This document shows, piece after piece, positions 24,370-31,642 of a DNA stretch of 64,000 nucleotides (the stretch's first letter is position 1; the number at the start of each line of letters is the position of its first letter). Source of the stretch: Candidatus Omnitrophota bacterium. GTDB taxonomy: Bacteria; Omnitrophota; Gorgyraeia; DTHP01. The translations under genes and the position numbers were made by a program. Location: positions 16,876-80,875 of the forward strand of contig JAMWCW010000007.1 of assembly GCA_023819145.1 (NCBI GenBank), in the 5' to 3' direction. A model generated the notes under the pieces. It searched no databases, had not been told where the DNA came from, and saw nothing but the letters and a program-made list of their open reading frames with translations.

Positions 24370-25107
24370 TTAGATAGTCAAAAGGTCTTTTAACCTTATG
24401 GCATTTTTTACGGCATAGCCGCAAGCATCATTATTAAAATAGGCATAAAGATCAATACCTTTTTCTATCCAGATTTTAGCCTTATCTACCCAAAATTTCA
24501 ACTCTTTTTCGGTATATTCTGAACCGTAAAGCGTTTTTCCTCCGTGAAAGCGTAGATATATAAAGTCACTGGTAACAATCTCAACCATCGGCCAAAATGG
24601 TGAATGGGCAATACATAAAGAAAAATTGTAATTCCTTAAAAGAGTATATACTTCCTCATTGAACCATGAGGAATGGCGAAATTCAAAAGCATAACGGATT
24701 TTATATCCCGAAATATCTTTACAAAATTTTTCTAATCTTTTAATATCTAATTTCATGTCCGGAGGAAATTGCCATAAAACTATTCCCAATTTTTCTTTCA
24801 GTTCTTTAAGTAGATTAAACAATTTTAGAAGATCATCATTAATACCATTGAGTTTCTTTACATGGGTAATATATCTTGAACCTTTAACAACGAATACGAA
24901 ATCCTTGGGAGTTTTCTTATACCAATTTTCAAATGTGCTTCTCCGCGGAAGACGATAGAAAGTAACATTTAATTCTACAGTGTTAAAGAATTTAGAGTAA
25001 TATTCTAACCATTTATTCTCTCGGAGCCCTTCAGGATAAAACAAACCATCTCCCCAGTGAGCATAGCTATAACCACTTGTTCCAATAAAAACCCTTCCCT
25101 TTTTCAC
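24370..25107 (-). CDS. DUF72 (YecE/YunF) family protein
   Basis: IGTSGYSY, TVELNVTFYR, WQFPP, FEFRHSSW, YLRFHG and YFNND motifs. Confidence 0.93.
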   Translation of the reverse strand: MKKGRVFIGTSGYSYAHWGDGLFYPEGLRENKWLEYYSKFFNTVELNVTFYRLPRRSTFENWYKKTPKDFVFVVKGSRYITHVKKLNGINDDLLKLFNLLKELKEKLGIVLWQFPPDMKLDIKRLEKFCKDISGYKIRYAFEFRHSSWFNEEVYTLLRNYNFSLCIAHSPFWPMVEIVTSDFIYLRFHGGKTLYGSEYTEKELKFWVDKAKIWIEKGIDLYAYFNNDACGYAVKNAIRLKDLLTI

Positions 25108-25117
25108 TTTATAAAAT

Positions 25118-25756
25118 TTATAAAAAACCGTGCTCTCTAAGAAATCCTTCGCTTAAGTGTTCACCTTTTTTTTTCGTAAGAATTTTATTCACATATTTTG
25201 CAAAAATATCTATTTCAATATTCAAATAATCACCAATATTTTTAAAACCAAGTGTAGTATTCTCTGCGGTGTGAGGAATAATATTTACTGAAAAATAACT
25301 GTTTTCTATTTCTACTATCGTCAAACTTACTCCATCTAAAGAAATTGAACCTTTAGGAACAAGATAATCTAATATCTCTTTATTTGTATCCACAAATAAA
25401 GATATTCCACTTTCTTCTTTAATCTTCTTTAAAATTTTACCCATTCCATCTACGTGTCCTAAAACGATATGCCCACTTAAAAAAGAATCGAGCTTTAATG
25501 CCCTCTCTAAATTAACCTTTTCTTTTACTTTAAGCATTCCTAAGTTTGTACGCTTTAAAGTCTCTCCGATACAATCAAAAATTAATTTATCTTTTTTTGT
25601 CTCCACAATTGTTAAGCATACGCCATTTACTGAAACACTATCTCCAACTTTTAATGTGGTAATAATTTTCTCAGCCTTTATCTCTAATTTAAAAAAACTA
25701 TCCTTTTTCAAAATTTTATCCACTGAACCCAATTCCTCAATTATTCCTGTAAACAT
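25118..25756 (-). CDS. ribE: Riboflavin synthase (alpha chain)
   Basis: N-terminal MFTGIIEELG; VNGVCLT, VNLERAL and KGSISLDGVSLT motifs. Confidence 0.96.
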   Translation of the reverse strand: MFTGIIEELGSVDKILKKDSFFKLEIKAEKIITTLKVGDSVSVNGVCLTIVETKKDKLIFDCIGETLKRTNLGMLKVKEKVNLERALKLDSFLSGHIVLGHVDGMGKILKKIKEESGISLFVDTNKEILDYLVPKGSISLDGVSLTIVEIENSYFSVNIIPHTAENTTLGFKNIGDYLNIEIDIFAKYVNKILTKKKGEHLSEGFLREHGFL

Positions 25757-25765
25757 ATTTAACTC

Positions 25766-26860
25766 CTATTTTTTTATATAACCAGAAATTAAAAAATCAT
25801 CTCCTATCCTTTTTATCGCTGTATTTTTCAATAAAATTGCCTTATTCAATTTCTCAACACCTTCTCCTTCCACAGAAGTAATTGCCTCTCGACCTCCGAT
25901 TATTTTTGGACTAATAAAGAAATAAATTTTATCTACAAGTTTTCCCTCTAAAAAAGAAGCGATGGTTTCTCCCCCTCCTTCTACTAAAACATGGGCTATT
26001 TCTTTTTCAAACAATTTTCTCGCTAAAGTCTTTAAATCAACTCTGCCATCTTTATCATTAACTACTATAACTTCTGCCCTGTTTTTAAATTCTTGCATTC
26101 TTCTCTTAGGAGCATACTTTGTGGTAGCAATAATTAATTTCCCAATAGATTTTTCAGAAAGGACTCTTGCCTTAAGCGGCATCCTCAATCTTGAATCCAA
26201 AATAATCTTATAGTAAACCTTTGAATTTAGAGTTTTGAATGCAGGGTTTAAGAGAGGGTTATCTTTAATTATTGTATTTACCCCTACTACTACCGCATCT
26301 ACTTCGTTACGTAATTCCTTTGCAAATGTACGTGCCTTTTCCGAAGTAATCCATTTAGATTCTCCGGTCTTGGTAGTAATCTTTCCATCAAGACTCTGAG
26401 CAACTTTTACAATTATAAAAGGGATTCTTTGAGTAATGTATTTTACGAAAACCTCATTAATTTTCCTTGCCTCATCTTCTAAAATTCCTACCTCCACCTC
26501 AATCCCTTTTTCTCTTAATTCTTTTATTCCTTTCCCGTTATTTAGAGGATTAGGATCAACCATCGCCGTATAAACTTTTTTTATCCCTGCAGAAATTATT
26601 GCTTTGGTGCACGGAGGAGTTCTGCCATAATGACAACAAGGTTCAAGATTTACATATAAAACTGCCCCTTTTGCTCTCCCTCCCGCCTCTCTTAACGCTT
26701 CTATTTCTGCGTGAGGAAACCCTGCTCTTTTATGAAATCCTTTACCTAATATTCTTCCTTCTTTTACAATAACACAACCTACTAGCGGATTAGGGCTGGT
26801 AAGTCCTTTTGATTTCAGAGCCAGTTTAAAAGCAGTACGCATATAATCTTCGTGGTTCAT
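25766..26860 (-). CDS. ribD: Bifunctional pyrimidine deaminase/reductase
   Basis: PNPLVG, HAE, LEPCCH...PPC, SLDGK, WITS and VEGG motifs. Confidence 0.97.
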   Translation of the reverse strand: MNHEDYMRTAFKLALKSKGLTSPNPLVGCVIVKEGRILGKGFHKRAGFPHAEIEALREAGGRAKGAVLYVNLEPCCHYGRTPPCTKAIISAGIKKVYTAMVDPNPLNNGKGIKELREKGIEVEVGILEDEARKINEVFVKYITQRIPFIIVKVAQSLDGKITTKTGESKWITSEKARTFAKELRNEVDAVVVGVNTIIKDNPLLNPAFKTLNSKVYYKIILDSRLRMPLKARVLSEKSIGKLIIATTKYAPKRRMQEFKNRAEVIVVNDKDGRVDLKTLARKLFEKEIAHVLVEGGGETIASFLEGKLVDKIYFFISPKIIGGREAITSVEGEGVEKLNKAILLKNTAIKRIGDDFLISGYIKK

Positions 26861-27675
26861 CGTTCTTTAATCCTCTCTTTCATCTCCTTAACCCATTCAT
26901 AAGAAATTTTTATACTCCCCAGCTCTCTTTTCCCCTTTATTCCATGACAATCAGAACCTCCGGTAACCAAAAGAGAATATCTTCTTGCTAAATATAGATA
27001 ATGCTCAGTTATTAAAGAAGATTGGTCGGGATGATAAACTTCAATCCCTTCAATACCCTCTTTTACCAATTTTTCAATCAGTTCATCTTTATTCATCTTA
27101 TAAGGATGGGCAAGAACAGTTACTCCTCCTACTTCTTTAACCATTCTTATTGCTTCGTGGGGTAAAAGACGAAATCTTTGTACATAACAGGGTGCATGAT
27201 TACCAATATATCTAGAAAATGCTTCAGAAATACTTCTTACATAACCACGTTTTAATAAAACCTGTGCCAAGTGTAGTCTACCTACCGAGCCTTCTCTTTT
27301 TTCCGTCACAACCTCTTTATAGTCTATATTGATCCCAAAAGCATTGAGCTTTTCTACCATCCTATATATCCTTTTTTCTCTTGCCCGACAAAATTCTTTT
27401 AATCTATTAACAAAACTTTCTTCCTGATGATCTATGAAATATCCTAAAATATGGATCTCTTTATCATCAAGTTCAGTGGTCAACTCTACGGCAGGAATCA
27501 CTTCTAAAGAAGAAGCGTATCTAAAAAGATGAGGAATGGCATCTACACAGTCGTGATCAGTAACTGCAATACAAGAAAGTTTCTTCTCATTCGCTTTATT
27601 AACAATTTCCTTAGGTGTAAAAAAACCGTCTGAAAAAGAGGAATGGATATGAAGGTCAGCAAATTGTGTTTCCAA
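26857..27675 (-). CDS. PHP-family metal-dependent phosphoesterase (TrpH/YciV-like)
   Basis: DLHIHS..SDG, TDHD, HILGY, GRLH, LAHP and GGSDCHG motifs; TTG start. Confidence 0.9.
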   Translation of the reverse strand: METQFADLHIHSSFSDGFFTPKEIVNKANEKKLSCIAVTDHDCVDAIPHLFRYASSLEVIPAVELTTELDDKEIHILGYFIDHQEESFVNRLKEFCRAREKRIYRMVEKLNAFGINIDYKEVVTEKREGSVGRLHLAQVLLKRGYVRSISEAFSRYIGNHAPCYVQRFRLLPHEAIRMVKEVGGVTVLAHPYKMNKDELIEKLVKEGIEGIEVYHPDQSSLITEHYLYLARRYSLLVTGGSDCHGIKGKRELGSIKISYEWVKEMKERIKER

Positions 27676-27676
27676 A

Positions 27677-28099
27677 TTAAATCTCTCTAAGTTTTTTTAT
27701 ATCTTCTTTAAAAATTTTATCCAGTATACCATTTATAAATTTAGGAGATTCAACATCGCCATATTTTTTGGCTAATTCTATCGCCTCATTAATCACTACT
27801 TTTGGAGGAACTTCTTTAATAGAATTTAGTTCAAAACAAGACATGCGCAGTATATTACGGTCAATAACTGCCATACGGGATATTTCCCAGTTTTGAGCAT
27901 ATTTCTTAATCAACGAATCTATTTTTTCAAGATTTGCCAGAGTCCCTCTAACCAAATTGTCCGCATATGCTCTAATTTCTTCATTTACATCTACACCTGA
28001 CCAAAAACTTTCTCTACCTTCCTCATAAGAAACTCGATTGACATCTGTCTGATAGAGACATTGTAACGCCATTTCCCGTGCCACTGTACGTTTACGCAT
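27677..28099 (-). CDS. nusB: Transcription antitermination factor NusB
   Basis: [31 protein letters not shown] and FINGILD motifs. Confidence 0.96.
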   Translation of the reverse strand: MRKRTVAREMALQCLYQTDVNRVSYEEGRESFWSGVDVNEEIRAYADNLVRGTLANLEKIDSLIKKYAQNWEISRMAVIDRNILRMSCFELNSIKEVPPKVVINEAIELAKKYGDVESPKFINGILDKIFKEDIKKLREI

Positions 28100-28175
28100 T
28101 TACCCCCACACTTGTTGAGAAAGATTATAGTTTACATACCTAAAATTCAACCGAAAATGTACGGCAACCCATCAC

Positions 28176-28640
28176 CTATTTTATCTTATCTAAAAGATTC
28201 GCCATCTCAATAGCAGATAATGCTGCATCTCTACCTTTATTACCTTCTTTGGTCCCTGCGCGTTCAATTGCCTGTTCTATATTATCAGCAGTAATTATCC
28301 CAAAAATAACGGGAATCCCCGTAGAAATGTTTATCTGTGCAATCCCTTTGGTTACTTCGGCAGAAATATAATCAAAATGAGGAGTAGCACCACGAATAAT
28401 TGTTCCTAAACAGATTACCGCCTGAAATTTTTTAGATTGAACAAGTTTTGAAGCAATAAGAGGAATTTCAAAAGAACCAGGGGCCCAAGTTACTAAAATA
28501 TCTTCCTCCTTTGCACCATGCCTTAGTAGGGTATCAATACATCCCTCAAGTAGTTTCTGACTTATAAATTCATTAAAACGCGAAACCACAATAGCAAACT
28601 TCTTATCCTCTACTACTAAATCTCCTTTAATCAACTTCAT
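28176..28640 (-). CDS. ribH: 6,7-dimethyl-8-ribityllumazine synthase
   Basis: [24 protein letters not shown] and [14 protein letters not shown] motifs. Confidence 0.97.
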   Translation of the reverse strand: MKLIKGDLVVEDKKFAIVVSRFNEFISQKLLEGCIDTLLRHGAKEEDILVTWAPGSFEIPLIASKLVQSKKFQAVICLGTIIRGATPHFDYISAEVTKGIAQINISTGIPVIFGIITADNIEQAIERAGTKEGNKGRDAALSAIEMANLLDKIK

Positions 28641-28751
28641 GGCTACCTCCTTTCTTTACAATTTTGAAAAGCAAGTATACAATTTTAGAAAACCGAATGT
28701 CTTGAATTGGTTAACTGTCTTAAACAAACTTTTTAATCTGATTATTCATAT

Positions 28752-29954
28752 TTAAATAGACAATTGATGCCCTAATTTTTCTTTTTTTGCCTTCAAATAT
28801 CTCTTGTTGAAAGGAGAGGGAGAAATTTCAATGGGAACACGTTCGACAATTTTGAGACCATAACCCTCCAGACCTACAATTTTACGTGGGTTATTGGTAA
28901 GTAACCGAATTTCCCTAACTCCCAAATCAAAAAGAATCTGAGCACCAATTCCGTATTCTCTTAAATCGGCATCAAAACCAAGAGCAAGGTTTGCTTCCAC
29001 TGTATCTAAACCTTTATCTTGCAAAGCATAGGCTCTAATCTTATTTTCTAAACCAATCCCTCTCCCTTCCTGGAGAAGATAAAGAATTACCCCTCTTCCT
29101 TCGCGGGCAATCATCTCCATTGATTTATTCAACTGTTCACCACAATCACATCTTTTTGAACCAAAGATATCGCCAGTTAAACACTGAGAATGAACCCTTA
29201 CGAGAACAGGCTGGATGTTTTTCTCTAAATCCCCTCTTACTAAAGCAATATGTAGGGCTTTATCAATCGATGACTCATAGAGAACAAGTCTAAATTCACC
29301 ATAATCTGTAGGAATAACCGTTTCGCTCACTCTATGAACAGATTTATCGGAACGTCTCCGGTAAGCAATAAGTTCAGCTATGGTTCCAATCCTGAGGTTG
29401 TGCCTTTGTGCAAACTCAAAGAGTTCCCTTGTCCTTGCCATCGTTCCATCCTCATTCATAATTTCGCAAATAACTCCTGCAGGATAAAGACCCGCTAATC
29501 TCATCAAATCTACACACGCTTCCGTATGCCCTGCCCTAACTAAAACTCCTCCTTCTTTTGCCCGTAAAGGAAATACATGACCAGGCTTAACTAAATCTTT
29601 CGCAGCTGTCTGAGGATCAATCAAAACTTTAATAGTATGGGCGCGGTCGTGAGCAGAAATCCCTGTTGTAATATTATTTCTAGCATCAACAGAAATAACC
29701 CAGGCAGTCTTATACGTATCCTGTGGTTCTTCAGCCATGGGATATAATCCCAACTCATCTAAGCGCTCGCCTTCCATGGGCACACAGATTAAACCCCTCC
29801 CATATTTGGCCATAAAATTGATGTGTTCCGCTGTAATAAAAGAAGCAGCAACAATAAGGTCTCCTTCATTCTCACGGTCCTTATCATCGAGCATAATCAC
29901 CATCTTTCCCTGTTTCAAATCTTCAATAATCTCTTCTATAGTATTGAATTTCAT
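28752..29954 (-). CDS. ribBA: Bifunctional DHBP synthase/GTP cyclohydrolase II
   Basis: [47 protein letters not shown] and TNNPRK motifs. Confidence 0.97.
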   Translation of the reverse strand: MKFNTIEEIIEDLKQGKMVIMLDDKDRENEGDLIVAASFITAEHINFMAKYGRGLICVPMEGERLDELGLYPMAEEPQDTYKTAWVISVDARNNITTGISAHDRAHTIKVLIDPQTAAKDLVKPGHVFPLRAKEGGVLVRAGHTEACVDLMRLAGLYPAGVICEIMNEDGTMARTRELFEFAQRHNLRIGTIAELIAYRRRSDKSVHRVSETVIPTDYGEFRLVLYESSIDKALHIALVRGDLEKNIQPVLVRVHSQCLTGDIFGSKRCDCGEQLNKSMEMIAREGRGVILYLLQEGRGIGLENKIRAYALQDKGLDTVEANLALGFDADLREYGIGAQILFDLGVREIRLLTNNPRKIVGLEGYGLKIVERVPIEISPSPFNKRYLKAKKEKLGHQLSI

Positions 29955-29971
29955 AAACCCCTTAATCCTCC

Positions 29972-30004
29972 AAAATAAAATGTCCCGAAGTTATCCTCGG
30001 GACA
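29972..30004 (-). terminator. Intrinsic terminator of the FMN riboswitch expression platform
   Basis: Minus strand TGTCCCGAGG-ATAA-CTTCGGGACA followed by TTTTATTTT, immediately before the ribBA RBS region. Confidence 0.85.
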
Positions 30005-30053
30005 ATATTTTATAACCGAATTAATCTACGGTAAAGAGAAAACAACGATTATA

Positions 30054-30339
30054 AAATCTTCTCCCCTCTAGACTATATGCCGAATACAATGGTTCTCTTC
30101 AATCCGGCATCCTGACTTTAGTCAGGACAATCGGCACTGGAATTTCACCAGTTCTGTCCCGGTGAATCGGGATTCGCGGGCTTTACCCCTTTAGAAAACT
30201 ATCCTTCTCCTAAATCAAAACTCTCAACTCCCTTAAACACTTCCTTTCTTTTCTAAAAGGGAAAACCGCCGGTCAGGATTTACACCTCCTGCCATAGAAG
30301 ACTATGGCAGGTCTGCCATAGCAGATGTCCCGAAGATTT
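30054..30339 (-). ncRNA. FMN riboswitch (RFN element) with three large insertions
   Basis: P1 AAATCTTC/GAAGATTT; conserved blocks CTTCGGGACA, AGGTGTAAATCCTGACCGGCGGT, AAAGCCCGCGA, CTGGTGAAATTCCAGTGCCGA and TAGTCTAGAGGGGAGAAG; upstream of ribBA with a terminator. Confidence 0.9.
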
Positions 30340-30345
30340 ATCTAA

Positions 30346-30374
30346 ATTTTATCAAAAACAGGTTTGTTTGTCAA
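30346..30374 (-). promoter_or_regulatory. sigma70 promoter of the riboswitch/rib operon
   Basis: TTGACA, 17-bp spacer, TGaTAAAAT; predicted start site lands at the 5' end of P1. Confidence 0.75.
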
Positions 30375-30377
30375 GCC

Positions 30378-30406
30378 TTGACAGAAATAAAAATTTTTGC
30401 TATATT
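30378..30406 (+). promoter_or_regulatory. sigma70 promoter of the GAF-GGDEF gene
   Basis: TTGACA (30378-30383), 17-bp spacer, TGcTATATT (hexamer 30401-30406). Confidence 0.7.
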
Positions 30407-30429
30407 TATATAACTTTATTTGTCCCCTT

Positions 30430-31629
30430 ATGGAAAAAGAGATTCAAGAAAATATTGAGCTGTTTAAGAAAGAGCTGGATAAAGCAAAAACGGAACTATC
30501 TATCCTCTATGAGATAGGCAACGCTATGCATTCCACACTCAACCTTGATGAAATTCTCTATATAATACTTACTGCAGCAACTGCCCATACTGGACTCGGT
30601 TTTAACCGCGCAATGCTTTTTATGGTCAATGAAAAAGAAAATTTGCTTGAAGGACGTATGGGCATAGGACCGCAGTCAGGTGAAGAGGCATATCACATTT
30701 GGAAAAAGATTGAAACAGAAAAAATGGACCTTAATGATTTCATTGAAGCATATAAAGAGTTTTCTGTCCAGAAGGATTCTCCTTTGAACAATCTCGTAAA
30801 AACCATAAAAATTCCTTTAAGAGAAGATGGAGGAATCCTTGCTGTGACAGTAATAAAAGGCTCTCCTTCCCTTATAAATACTCCTGAAGCGAGGGCAAAA
30901 ATAAACGATGTTGCACTCTCCTTGTTAAAAGTTGACCAATTTGTGGTGGTGCCGCTTAAGGCAAAAGATAAGGCAATAGGGGTAATTCTGGCAGACAATT
31001 TTATAACGCGAAAACCCATTAACCAGGATGATTTGCGTCTTCTAAGTATGTTTGCTAACCAGGCAGGTTTAGCAATTGAAAACTCACGTTTATATGAACA
31101 GACTCTCATCCTCTCTAATACCGACTATCTTACACATCTCTGGAATCATGGTTATTTTCAGCAGTTGATGAATGAAGAAATAAAGAAATCTTCTGCAAAC
31201 AAAACATCAATAAGTCTTATTATGCTCGATATAGATGATTTCAAAAACTACAATGATACACTTGGTCATCAAGCGGGAGACAAAGTCCTTCAAGAAATAG
31301 GAGATATAATCCGGCAAAATGTACGTAGAAATGACTGGGCATGTAGATACGGAGGTGAGGAATTTGCTATAATTTTACCCCAAATAAGTAAAGAAGATAC
31401 ACTCAAATTTGCGGAGAGATTGAGGAATCAAATTGAATTACATAAATTCCCTCATGAAGAAGTACAACCGAAACAGAAAATCACCGTAAGTATAGGTATA
31501 GCTACCTTTCCTGCAGATGCTTCTAACAAAGATGAATTGATTTACAAAGCAGATATGGCTATGCTCGAGGCTAAGAAAAAAGGGAGGAATCGTACTTGTC
31601 TATATTTTCCTCAGTCAATGTCTCAGTAA
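30430..31629 (+). CDS. GAF-domain diguanylate cyclase
   Basis: GAF domain (VVPLKAKDKAIGVILADN, FANQAGLAIEN), DIDDFKNYNDTLGHQAGD, I-site RRND and RYGGEEF. ATG 30430 is preferred over TTG 30397, which lies inside the promoter. Confidence 0.92.
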   Translation: MEKEIQENIELFKKELDKAKTELSILYEIGNAMHSTLNLDEILYIILTAATAHTGLGFNRAMLFMVNEKENLLEGRMGIGPQSGEEAYHIWKKIETEKMDLNDFIEAYKEFSVQKDSPLNNLVKTIKIPLREDGGILAVTVIKGSPSLINTPEARAKINDVALSLLKVDQFVVVPLKAKDKAIGVILADNFITRKPINQDDLRLLSMFANQAGLAIENSRLYEQTLILSNTDYLTHLWNHGYFQQLMNEEIKKSSANKTSISLIMLDIDDFKNYNDTLGHQAGDKVLQEIGDIIRQNVRRNDWACRYGGEEFAIILPQISKEDTLKFAERLRNQIELHKFPHEEVQPKQKITVSIGIATFPADASNKDELIYKADMAMLEAKKKGRNRTCLYFPQSMSQ

Positions 31630-31642
31630 TAATAAACTTAAT

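Noticed and set aside
24215-24424. 69-aa ORF across tRNA-Pro
   Set aside because: It is a translation of the tRNA gene and the DUF72 3' end.
28124-28150. Internal promoter upstream of nusB (TTGAAT-15 bp-TATAAT)
   Set aside because: The spacer is too short to call with confidence, although an internal start there is plausible.
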